Shown in pieces: positions 47,609 through 56,650 of a DNA stretch of 64,000 bases (its first letter is position 1; each line of letters begins with the position of its first letter). The stretch spans positions 34,313 through 98,312 of the forward strand of contig RDXO01000014.1 of the NCBI GenBank assembly GCA_004292675.1. Reading direction: 5' to 3'. Origin of the DNA: Alphaproteobacteria bacterium. Its GTDB lineage: Bacteria > Pseudomonadota > Alphaproteobacteria > Rickettsiales > UBA998. A program made the position numbers and the translations under genes. A model generated the notes under the pieces. The model saw only the letters and a program-made list of their open reading frames with translations. It was not told the origin of the DNA and searched no databases.

Positions 47609-48367
47609 CTAATGGAGATCGCTCCAAATCTTGCGTTTGGTCAGATAAAATATGATGGTCATAATTCCAACAAAGCTCAACATTTTAAGCCCAAGACGTT
47701 TGCGAGCTTCCATCTCTGGTTCTGCTGCCCATTGGAGAAAATAGACGACATCTTTCGACATCTGATCAACGCTCGCTTCGGTATTATCCATATACTGCAC
47801 CTGTCCATCAGACAAAGGTTTGGGCATGGCAATTTTCTGCCCTGCAAAATAAGGATTATAATGTTGCCCTTCAAGCAATGCTACATCCGCAGGCGCATCT
47901 TCATATCCTGTGAGCAAAGAATAGAGATAATTCGCACCATCGGGGCGTGCTTTTACCATCAAACTTAAATCAGGCGGGTATGCACCATTATTCAAGGAGC
48001 GTCCTTGTTTTTCATTCGCGTAAGGCGAGGGCAATTTATCGGAAGGACGACCAGGGCGCATGAACATTTCACCATCATCATTTGGTCCGTCTTGTACTTC
48101 GTAGGAGCTAGCGAGTGCTTTGACTTCGGCTTCACTAAAACCGAGATCATGAAGATTACGGAAGGAAATGCGACTCAGGCTATGGCATGAGGCGCACACT
48201 TCTTTATAGACTTGGAAACCACGTTGCGCTGAAGGTTTATCGACAACCCCGAGCATACCATCAAACGACCATGTTTGTTGGATAGGATGTTTTGCATCTC
48301 CCCCTGCAAGCGCGCTGCTTGCTGCAAAGATTCCACAAAAAAGTGCGGTATATAATTTCATCGTCAC
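47609..48367 (-). CDS. petC: Cytochrome c1
   Basis: 252 aa with a signal peptide, CASCHS heme-binding site and a C-terminal TM anchor. Confidence 0.9.
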   Translation of the reverse strand: MTMKLYTALFCGIFAASSALAGGDAKHPIQQTWSFDGMLGVVDKPSAQRGFQVYKEVCASCHSLSRISFRNLHDLGFSEAEVKALASSYEVQDGPNDDGEMFMRPGRPSDKLPSPYANEKQGRSLNNGAYPPDLSLMVKARPDGANYLYSLLTGYEDAPADVALLEGQHYNPYFAGQKIAMPKPLSDGQVQYMDNTEASVDQMSKDVVYFLQWAAEPEMEARKRLGLKMLSFVGIMTIIFYLTKRKIWSDLH

Positions 48368-48380
48368 AAACTCCGAGGCC

Positions 48381-49949
48381 TTATGCTTTGGTATGTTTTT
48401 TTGTTATGGCTTCACCAATACTACGTGGTAAAGGCAGAGGTTTTTCTATGCGACCTAAAATAGGCAAAATCACAAGGAAATAGCCAAAATAATATGCCGT
48501 TGCTAATTGTGAAATGAGCGGATTCGTCCAAAAAGTAGCAATTTCTTTGGTGGTTGACCCATCCGCGTGTGTAACGGTGACAAAGCTACATGCATGGGCA
48601 TCTTGTCCTAAACATCCATCCGCAGGTGCAGCACCCATCCAGCCAAGGAATAAGCCGTTGAATACAAACAACCAGAAGAACGGACGAAACATAGGACGGA
48701 AATTGCCACTACGAACTTTTGAAGAATCCAACCACGGTAAGAAGAAGAGTACGATGAGCGATCCGAACATGGCAAGTACACCGCCCAATTTGGATTCAAT
48801 AATGCCTTCAAAGCACATAATCTCCCCTTGCGCATCCGTCGTACATGCCGATCCTGTGAAGCCAACAATCCCAGCAAACACTAATAAACCACCAAGCCCA
48901 AGCACACCCATGGGGATCATCATCGCAGGATGAAAAGCATTTATAGGGTTGAATAAGGATAATTTATTCGCTTTTGCAGCTTTTTTGGATAACATTAAAC
49001 CAAAAGCCGCGATAGCGATTCCCGGTATGATAAGCGGTGTATTAAAGGTGATAGCACGCAAAATCGCATAGAATGGCAAGAAGTACCATTCAGGCACAAT
49101 ATGCGCGGGTGTCACCATCGGATTAGCTTCGATGTAATTATCGGGATGCCCAAGATAATTAGGCGCAAAGAAAGTGAAATAACCAAACACCAAGAAGAAT
49201 ACGCCAAAACCAAAGAAATCTTTTGCCGTATAATAAGGATGGAACGGCACAGTATCCTGCTTACCTTTCACATCAATGCCCAAAGGATTGCTTGATCCAT
49301 GTTGATGCAAGGCAAGAAGGTGCAACATCACGACGGCAACCAAGATAAGCGGCATGAGGTAATGCAGTGCAAAAAAGCGATTCAGCGTTGGGTTATCCAC
49401 CGAGAACCCACCCCACAACCATGTCACGATGCTTTCACCAACAATAGGGAAGGCAGAGAAAAGGTTGGTGATCACTGTTGCACCCCAAAAGCTCATTTGC
49501 CCCCATGGCAACACATAGCCCATAAAAGCGGATGCCATCATCAGGATCAAAATCACGATCCCTAACCACCATAGAAGCTCGCGTGGTGCTTTATATGATC
49601 CATAATAAAGCCCCCGAAAAATATGAATAAATACCACAAGGAAGAACATGGATGCACCGTTGGCGTGCATGTAGCGTACCAACCAACCATAATTTACATC
49701 ACGCATAATATGCTCAACGCTTGAAAAAGCGAACTGCACATGCGGCGTATAATGCATGGCGAGGAAAATGCCTGTTAAAATTTGCGATACGAGAACAATC
49801 CCCGCAATCGAGCCAAAGTTCCAAAAATAATTCAGGTTACGCGGAGTCGGATAATCAACCAACGTATGCTGTAGGGTTGAAAAAATGGGCAGGCGGTAAT
49901 CCACCCATCCGATAATGCCTTTTTGTTCTGGTTGATTGGTTGAACCCAT
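48381..49949 (-). CDS. petB: Cytochrome b of the bc1 complex (unusually long, 522 aa)
   Basis: It has the canonical heme-ligand His pairs, [14 protein letters not shown] and the [13 protein letters not shown] motif. There are two insertions relative to canonical cytochromes b, at aa ~301-386 and ~443-478. Confidence 0.95.
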   Translation of the reverse strand: MGSTNQPEQKGIIGWVDYRLPIFSTLQHTLVDYPTPRNLNYFWNFGSIAGIVLVSQILTGIFLAMHYTPHVQFAFSSVEHIMRDVNYGWLVRYMHANGASMFFLVVFIHIFRGLYYGSYKAPRELLWWLGIVILILMMASAFMGYVLPWGQMSFWGATVITNLFSAFPIVGESIVTWLWGGFSVDNPTLNRFFALHYLMPLILVAVVMLHLLALHQHGSSNPLGIDVKGKQDTVPFHPYYTAKDFFGFGVFFLVFGYFTFFAPNYLGHPDNYIEANPMVTPAHIVPEWYFLPFYAILRAITFNTPLIIPGIAIAAFGLMLSKKAAKANKLSLFNPINAFHPAMMIPMGVLGLGGLLVFAGIVGFTGSACTTDAQGEIMCFEGIIESKLGGVLAMFGSLIVLFFLPWLDSSKVRSGNFRPMFRPFFWLFVFNGLFLGWMGAAPADGCLGQDAHACSFVTVTHADGSTTKEIATFWTNPLISQLATAYYFGYFLVILPILGRIEKPLPLPRSIGEAITKKHTKA

Positions 49950-49957
49950 AACGTACC

Positions 49958-50494
49958 TTATCCAATTTTTATGTGCGTATCATCTGTAAAGCTATAATCA
50001 GGAATAGCGAGATTTGCGGGGGCAGGACCTTTGCGAATGCGCCCTGATGTATCATAATGTGAGCCGTGGCACGGGCAGAACCAGCCATTAAATTCACCCG
50101 CATTATTGCCCAAAGGCACGCATCCAAGGTGCGTACATACACCCAACATCACAATCCATTGTTCTTTTCCCTCTTTTACGCGCTCTTTATCCTCTTGCGG
50201 ATCGGGGAGGGTGTCCACCGTAACAGCGCGTGCTTCCTTAATTTCTTCTTCGGTGCGGTGACGGATAAAGACAGGTTTTCCGCGCCACATGACACGGATT
50301 TCTTGCCCCGGTTTTACCGATTCTAGGTTCACCTCCGTCGAGGCAAGTGCTAATACGTCCGCTGCAGGGTTCATGCTATCCACAAACGGCCATAACAGCG
50401 CACCAGCTCCAAGCGCGCCCATGGCCTGAGAAGCCAAGACGAGCATATCGCGTTTTTTCGGGTCTTTTAATTCATCATGATGTAATTCAGTCAT
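49958..50494 (-). CDS. petA: Ubiquinol-cytochrome c reductase Rieske iron-sulfur subunit
   Basis: 178 aa with the CTHLGC and CPCHGS 2Fe-2S boxes. Confidence 0.95.
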   Translation of the reverse strand: MTELHHDELKDPKKRDMLVLASQAMGALGAGALLWPFVDSMNPAADVLALASTEVNLESVKPGQEIRVMWRGKPVFIRHRTEEEIKEARAVTVDTLPDPQEDKERVKEGKEQWIVMLGVCTHLGCVPLGNNAGEFNGWFCPCHGSHYDTSGRIRKGPAPANLAIPDYSFTDDTHIKIG

Positions 50495-50583
50495 AAGCGT
50501 GCATACTCATATAAGAGTTCAAGACGATTTTTAGCCAAAGACCATTAATAATGCAAGCATATAGTATGAAAAAAATGCCTAAA

Positions 50584-51324
50584 TCACGACTTCTTGGCAA
50601 GAAGACGCGGTAGCGTATCACTTACATCACGAATTTCACCGGGATGCATATCGGCAAGATCGATATCGGCATAGGCAATACGGATCAAACGGCTGACGCT
50701 ATGCCCAAAATATTCACAGATACGACGAATCTCACGATTTTTACCCTCGTGCAAGGTAATGCGTACCCAACTATTGCTCCCGCCCGCACGTGATTGTTCA
50801 TGTTCAATATCAGCAGCGCGATAATGCATACCGTCAATGCTGACTCCTGTGCGGATGGTGTGCAGCGTGCGATCGCTCATCACCCCGCGAATTCGCACGC
50901 GATAGGTGCGCGAAAATGCCTGATCAGGATGTTCGAGATGGCGGGCAATATCGCCACGGTTAGTGAGTAATAAAACGCCTTCGCTTGATACATCGAGTCG
51001 TCCAACAGAAATGACTTTGCCGAGCGAAGGGGGGAGGGCATCAAAAACAGTGGGACGACCTTCGGGATCATGGTAGGTGCAGATTTCACCTATGGGTTTG
51101 TAATAGACCCATAATTTAGGGGGATCATCAATGCCAACAGGAATGCCATCAACACACACCTGATCGCCATCCATAATGCGTCGTGCTGGATGCAGTTCGA
51201 TGATGTTATTGACCGTAACACGCCCAGATTGAATGATAGCATCTGATGCACGCCTTGAGGCAACGCCTGAATCGGATAAATATTTATTCAGCCTTATCCC
51301 ACGAGTTGTTTCGGAATCTGTCAT
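50584..51324 (-). CDS. rRNA pseudouridine synthase, RsuA/RluB family
   Basis: 246 aa with an S4 domain (RLNKYLSDSGVASRRASDAII) and the catalytic GRLDVSSEGVLLLTN motif. Confidence 0.85.
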   Translation of the reverse strand: MTDSETTRGIRLNKYLSDSGVASRRASDAIIQSGRVTVNNIIELHPARRIMDGDQVCVDGIPVGIDDPPKLWVYYKPIGEICTYHDPEGRPTVFDALPPSLGKVISVGRLDVSSEGVLLLTNRGDIARHLEHPDQAFSRTYRVRIRGVMSDRTLHTIRTGVSIDGMHYRAADIEHEQSRAGGSNSWVRITLHEGKNREIRRICEYFGHSVSRLIRIAYADIDLADMHPGEIRDVSDTLPRLLAKKS

Positions 51325-51333
51325 AGGGGGCGG

Positions 51334-51861
51334 TTACGCGCCACGCTCAAATGCAGAACGACGCTCAGCAGCATAAAGCATGAGTGAGATTTTTTCTTGG
51401 CGTTCTTTTAATTCTTGCATATGTTTTTTGTTCATGATGCGTTCAAGAGCCAAATCAACATAATCTACTAGCACGCTAATGATGATTTCTACTTGTAGTT
51501 TAATTTTTTCAACAATCGCATCCGCAACATTGCGCACGCCTTCACCATAATTTGCGCCCATAGCTTTAGCACGCTCAGCGTAGGCATCCATGGCAATATA
51601 AATACGGCGGAGCGCACCTTCAATCTTCATGCGTCGTGTCGCACCATTTTGTTTTTTCCCCGCAACTTCAATAAACTCTTCACACAAAACATCAGCAGAT
51701 TCACCAATTTGCTCAATGAGTGGTTCTACCACTTCAAGTTGCGCTTTTGGGTCAAGCACATCTGCACCCTCAACGGTGGCTACCATAGCCTCCGCCAGAT
51801 CATAAAGTTCTGCAATTTTGTGATATTTAAGTTCCAGTTCCGAGAGCGTTTCTTGGGTCAT
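51334..51861 (-). CDS. Hypothetical acidic all-helical protein
   Basis: 175 aa. It is 9 nt upstream of the pseudouridine synthase gene and 39 nt downstream of the 343-aa orphan. Confidence 0.5.
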   Translation of the reverse strand: MTQETLSELELKYHKIAELYDLAEAMVATVEGADVLDPKAQLEVVEPLIEQIGESADVLCEEFIEVAGKKQNGATRRMKIEGALRRIYIAMDAYAERAKAMGANYGEGVRNVADAIVEKIKLQVEIIISVLVDYVDLALERIMNKKHMQELKERQEKISLMLYAAERRSAFERGA

Positions 51862-51900
51862 GGTATCTAAATCCTTATATAATTTTGCTTAATTATCATA

Positions 51901-52932
51901 TTATCGTGTATTAGTCAAGACTCCTTGTTCTGATTGCGCACGGTTTGCCATCATTTGTTCGGCGCGTGTGACAGCATCAGTGAAGATGGAGTTATTGGTT
52001 GGGGTGATAGTATTTTGCCCTTGTTGTTGTTCTGCGACGCGAACACCTTTTTCTGCAGCTATTTTATCGCGCCAAAAATTCTCATCTCTACCTTGGGCAG
52101 GGAGTGCAGTTATTGGCTCTGGTTCTGTTATCATTGGTGGTTGTTCAGTGACGATCTCACGGACGGGAGCATAGGTGGCATCCATCACTTGTTTGGGGAT
52201 GACGGGAGGGCTATCGAGTGTGATTGCGCCGACTTCTTTACCATCGGGTGTGCGGTTTCCCGGTAAAGTGCCGACTGATAATTTTTGCCCATCCGCCATG
52301 GTGACGTTAGTGGAAGTCAAGCCAGATGCAGCAATACCTGCGGGTAGTACGGCACTTGTAGCAGGGGTGCTTGCCGTTATGTGTGCTTGTTTTTGCTGTG
52401 CTTCACGTTCTTCTTTTGTGCCACCCAATAATGTAGTGGTAGTGCCTTCTGCAAAATCCCCAAGATGCGTGGTAATGAATTTCCCTGTTGTTACTTTCGT
52501 GGCTAGTTCTGCTGCAATGCCGATTGGTCCTGTGACGCTGAGTAGCACCCCTCCAGCTTCGACTGCTGCGCGTGCCACTTTTCCAGTTGCCCCAACATGA
52601 TCGCCTTCTTTCAGTTCATCCGCTGCACTGAGCAAGTGTGAACCCGCCGTAACCCCCGCAAGGATGCGATCAACGCCTGATATTTGCGTCATGCCCTCAA
52701 CAGCACCTTGCAGCACACCTGAATTAGTAGCACTAGCAGCAGTTTTGGCAGCCTCCCCAACTATAGGCACTGCCCCTGCTAATGCGTTTGCGCCATTCGC
52801 TAAGCCAAGCTGCATGGCAGGACCTATCGCTTCAGGAACGCGCAATAACACACTCGCGTTTTTGGTGAAACCCGTCAATCCTTCTTCGGAGGATTCTTCT
52901 TTTTCTTTCTCTAATGGTGCAGTGTTGTTCAT
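51901..52932 (-). CDS. Hypothetical Gly/Ala/Thr-rich protein
   Basis: 343 aa with no signal peptide. The N-half has small-residue (G/A-x3-G/A) helical stretches. The C-half is P/Q/T-rich. Confidence 0.5.
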   Translation of the reverse strand: MNNTAPLEKEKEESSEEGLTGFTKNASVLLRVPEAIGPAMQLGLANGANALAGAVPIVGEAAKTAASATNSGVLQGAVEGMTQISGVDRILAGVTAGSHLLSAADELKEGDHVGATGKVARAAVEAGGVLLSVTGPIGIAAELATKVTTGKFITTHLGDFAEGTTTTLLGGTKEEREAQQKQAHITASTPATSAVLPAGIAASGLTSTNVTMADGQKLSVGTLPGNRTPDGKEVGAITLDSPPVIPKQVMDATYAPVREIVTEQPPMITEPEPITALPAQGRDENFWRDKIAAEKGVRVAEQQQGQNTITPTNNSIFTDAVTRAEQMMANRAQSEQGVLTNTR

Positions 52933-53020
52933 GTTGAACCAATAACCATATTATTTACTACAGTTACCCTATCATAGATTGATGACAATATTATGACAAT
53001 AATGCGAATAAAATAAGTGA

Positions 53021-53100
53021 AAGGTAGGAATCCAGCAACACCAATAGTTTATGGATACCATCCTTCGCTGGTATGACAAGAAGTGAGAGTTATTGCAGAA
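53021..53100. repeat. Family B element, 5'-truncated variant (B4)
   Basis: aaggtaggaatccagcaacaccaatagtttatggataccatccttcgctggtatgacaagaagtgagagttattgcagaa aligns with B3 (62703-62782). Confidence 0.7.
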
Positions 53101-53103
53101 GTA

Positions 53104-55089
53104 TTAAATATCTAACGTATCCATCAACGCCATGCCGCGTAACTCGGTTTGCTCTTGAATAAACTGAAAGCGGAGTTCAGGTTTTTTCCCCATTAAGGCG
53201 TGGACTTGTGTTGCCGTGCTGCTGCGTTCATCATCGGCAATCAAGACTTTCAGCAAAGTGCGCTTGCCGTTGGTCATGGTGGTTTCTTTAAGCTGAGCAG
53301 GAGTCATTTCTCCTAGTCCCTTAAACCGTCCGACTTCGATGTTGCCACGTTCTTTGCTGAGGCGTGCAAGTAATGTTTCTTTTTCGGCATCATTGGCAGG
53401 GTAATAATGTTGCTTATTATGCGTGACGCGGTAGAGTGGCGGTTGCGCAATGAATAAACGCCCATGACGGATCACCTCAGGAAGTTCTTGATAGAAAAAG
53501 GTCATTAATAATGAGGCAATATGCGCCCCATCGACATCCGCATCCGTCATGATGATGATGCGTTCATAGCGCAATGCGCTAAGATCAAAATGCTTGCCAC
53601 TTCCGCAACCAAGGGCTTGAATAATATCGCTTATTTCTTGATTGGCATGGACTTTATCACGCGTGGCACTGGCAACATTCAAAATCTTACCGCGCAAAGG
53701 AAGAATGGCTTGCGTTTCCCGATCACGTGCTTGCTTAGCAGAACCCCCTGCGGAGTCCCCCTCTACGAGATAAAGCTCCGTACCCTCCCAACTATCACGG
53801 GAACAATCCGTCAATTTTCCAGGTAAGCGCAATTTTTGCGTGATGCTTTTGCGGTTAATATCCTTCTGTTTTTTGCGTGCTAAGCGTTCATCAGCGCGAC
53901 GGATCAGATGTTCAAGCAATAAGGATGCATGAGTCACATCCGCACTGAGCCAATGATCAAAAGGGTCACGCATGGCTTGCTCAACAAGGCGTGTCACTTC
54001 GGAGCTTACTAACTTCTCTTTGGTTTGTCCTTGAAATTGTGGTTCACGGATAAAAACAGAGATAATCGCATGGGCAGCACCAAAAATATCGTCTGCTGTG
54101 ATATTGTTTGCTTTTTTCTGCCCCGACATATCGCCATAGGATTTGAAGGCTTTGGTGATGGCAGTGCGCAAGCCCGCTTCATGCGTGCCTCCTTGTGGCG
54201 TGACGATTGTGTTGCAATAGCTATGCATGGTGGCTTCTTCATCGCGTGGCCATGCGATTGCCCATTCAACCCGCCCATTGCCTTCGGGAAGATCGGTTGT
54301 GCCTGAGGAAATATTGCCAACAATGGGGCGTTCTTGTAGTTCAAATTCCAAGAAATCTTTCAGCCCACTAGGATAATGCAATATAGCTTCAGCGGGAATA
54401 TCTGTGCCTTCCACAAGATGTGACGGGCAATTCCAGCGTATTTCAACACCTTTATAAAGAAAGGCTTTGGAACGCACAAATTGATACATTTTTGCAGGGC
54501 GAAAACGATGCGCCCCGAAGATTTCTGTGTCTGGTACAAAGCTGATGGTTGTGCCACGTCTGTTTGGCGCACCTCCCACCGTTTCAATGGGGGAGAGGGG
54601 ATTGCCCCGCGCATAAAGCTGTCGATAAAGCGTTTTTTCACGCGCCACTTCTACCACTAAATCTGACGATAAGGCGTTCACCACAGAAATACCCACCCCG
54701 TGCAATCCGCCTGAGGTTTCATAGGCTTTTCCTGAGAATTTACCCCCCGAATGCAGCGTAGTAAGAATGACTTCAAGTGCTGATTTATCAGGATATTTGG
54801 GATGCGGATCAATGGGGATACCACGACCATTATCGCGCACCGTCACACGATTATCATCATGCAGCGTTACTTCTATACGGTTGGCATGTCCTGCTACTGC
54901 TTCATCCATCGCATTATCAAATACTTCAGAGAGCAAATGGTGTAAGGCGTGTTCATCCGTGCCACCAATATACATGCCGGGGCGACGACGCACAGGCTCT
55001 AGTCCCTCCAATACTTCAATATCCTGCGCGGTATAGGATTGAGAAGCGGAGGCGGGAAGGGGGGCGTTTGCAAATAAATCATCGGTCAT
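53104..55089 (-). CDS. parE: DNA topoisomerase IV subunit B
   Basis: 661 aa with a GHKL ATPase N-domain and the EGDSAGGSAKQARDR Toprim motif. The length fits ParE rather than the roughly 800-aa GyrB. Confidence 0.88.
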   Translation of the reverse strand: MTDDLFANAPLPASASQSYTAQDIEVLEGLEPVRRRPGMYIGGTDEHALHHLLSEVFDNAMDEAVAGHANRIEVTLHDDNRVTVRDNGRGIPIDPHPKYPDKSALEVILTTLHSGGKFSGKAYETSGGLHGVGISVVNALSSDLVVEVAREKTLYRQLYARGNPLSPIETVGGAPNRRGTTISFVPDTEIFGAHRFRPAKMYQFVRSKAFLYKGVEIRWNCPSHLVEGTDIPAEAILHYPSGLKDFLEFELQERPIVGNISSGTTDLPEGNGRVEWAIAWPRDEEATMHSYCNTIVTPQGGTHEAGLRTAITKAFKSYGDMSGQKKANNITADDIFGAAHAIISVFIREPQFQGQTKEKLVSSEVTRLVEQAMRDPFDHWLSADVTHASLLLEHLIRRADERLARKKQKDINRKSITQKLRLPGKLTDCSRDSWEGTELYLVEGDSAGGSAKQARDRETQAILPLRGKILNVASATRDKVHANQEISDIIQALGCGSGKHFDLSALRYERIIIMTDADVDGAHIASLLMTFFYQELPEVIRHGRLFIAQPPLYRVTHNKQHYYPANDAEKETLLARLSKERGNIEVGRFKGLGEMTPAQLKETTMTNGKRTLLKVLIADDERSSTATQVHALMGKKPELRFQFIQEQTELRGMALMDTLDI

Positions 55090-55239
55090 ACCCTCTTATT
55101 TACCCTGCTCTTGTTCTGATTGCAACGCATTGATGAAGATCGTGTGGTAAAAAGTTCTATTTGATGGAGTTATGCTTTACGTATGTGTGGTTTTATCCTA
55201 ACCTTACACAGGGTATCATCTATCAAGGAGGGACTATAC

Positions 55240-55941
55240 ATGGATAAACGCTGTTCCAATGCACATGAAGCGTTAGAAGGGAAGCTAAACGATGGCATGG
55301 TGATTATGTCGGGTGGTTTTGGCTTATGTGGCATCCCCGAACATGCGATTGCAGAGATTAAAGCATCAGGCGTGCGGGGCTTGACTGTTATTTCTAATAA
55401 TTGTGGTGTCGATGAGTTTGGCTTAGGTGTGCTGCTCAAAACGCGTCAAATAAGCAAAATGGTTTCCTCTTATGTGGGTGAAAACAAGGAATTTGAACGC
55501 CAATTTTTGAATGGTGAATTATTTGTGGAGTTCAATCCGCAGGGGACGCTTGCTGAGCGTATTCGTGCAGGCGGTGCGGGTATCCCTGCTTTTTACACCA
55601 AAACGGGCGTTGGCACTATTGTAGCGCAAGGGAAAGAAACGCGGAATTTTAACGGACACACCTATCTTATGGAGACGGGATTGATAGCGGATCTTGCCAT
55701 TATCAAGGCGTGGAAGGGTGATAAATATGGTAATGTGATCTATCGCAAAACATCACGCAATTTCAATGCTCCTATGGCAACCGCAGCGCGTTATACTGTG
55801 GTGGAAGTGGAACATCTTGTTGAACCTGAACAGATGGATGCGGATCAGATTCATACACCGGGAATTTTTGTGGATAAAATCTTTGTCGGAACTGCGTTTG
55901 AAAAACGTATCGAGTTTCGTACAACACGCGAGGAGGCGTAA
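55240..55941 (+). CDS. scoA: Succinyl-CoA:3-ketoacid CoA transferase subunit A
   Basis: Start at ATG 55240, with AAGGAGGG upstream. It has SGGFGLCGIPE and VISNNCG. Confidence 0.9.
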   Translation: MDKRCSNAHEALEGKLNDGMVIMSGGFGLCGIPEHAIAEIKASGVRGLTVISNNCGVDEFGLGVLLKTRQISKMVSSYVGENKEFERQFLNGELFVEFNPQGTLAERIRAGGAGIPAFYTKTGVGTIVAQGKETRNFNGHTYLMETGLIADLAIIKAWKGDKYGNVIYRKTSRNFNAPMATAARYTVVEVEHLVEPEQMDADQIHTPGIFVDKIFVGTAFEKRIEFRTTREEA

Positions 55942-55944
55942 ATT

Positions 55945-56595
55945 ATGGCATGGACACGCGACCAAATGGCGGCACGCGCTGCTGAAGAATTACGCGATGG
56001 ATTTTATGTGAATCTAGGCATTGGGATTCCCACCTTGGTGGCGAATCATGTACCCAAAAATGTGCATATTACGCTGCAAAGTGAAAATGGTATGCTTGGT
56101 ATGGGGCCTTATCCTCTAGCGCATGAAGTGGATGCTGATCTCATTAATGCGGGCAAGCAAACCATCTCGGAATTGCCGTATAGTGTGTATTTTGATAGCG
56201 CGGTATCGTTTGGGATGATCCGTGGGGGGCATATTGATCTTGCCGTACTCGGTGCGTTGCAAGTATCAGAAGAGGGCGACCTTGCTAACTGGATGGTGCC
56301 GGGAAAAATGATCAAAGGCATGGGCGGTGCGATGGATTTGGTGGCAGGTGTGCGCAAAGTCATCGTCATTATGGAGCATAATGCGAAAGATGGCGAAGCA
56401 AAGCTGGTGCGGGAATGTAGTTTACCACTCACAGGAAAAGCCGTGGTGCATATGATCATCACGGAACTTGGGGTATTTGAGTTTCGTGATGATAAAAAAC
56501 TCTATATGATCGAGATCGCGCCTGAGGTATTAAAAGCAGAAGTGCGTTCACGCACGGATGCACATTTTGTGTTCGATTTGATCAATGAGCGTTGA
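55945..56595 (+). CDS. scoB: Succinyl-CoA:3-ketoacid CoA transferase subunit B
   Basis: 216 aa. LQSENGMLG contains the catalytic Glu (SENG motif). Confidence 0.9.
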   Translation: MAWTRDQMAARAAEELRDGFYVNLGIGIPTLVANHVPKNVHITLQSENGMLGMGPYPLAHEVDADLINAGKQTISELPYSVYFDSAVSFGMIRGGHIDLAVLGALQVSEEGDLANWMVPGKMIKGMGGAMDLVAGVRKVIVIMEHNAKDGEAKLVRECSLPLTGKAVVHMIITELGVFEFRDDKKLYMIEIAPEVLKAEVRSRTDAHFVFDLINER

Positions 56596-56650
56596 TAGAG
56601 CATTGTGATTGTGCTATAGAGGTTGAGATTCTTATACCTTCTATATCTCT

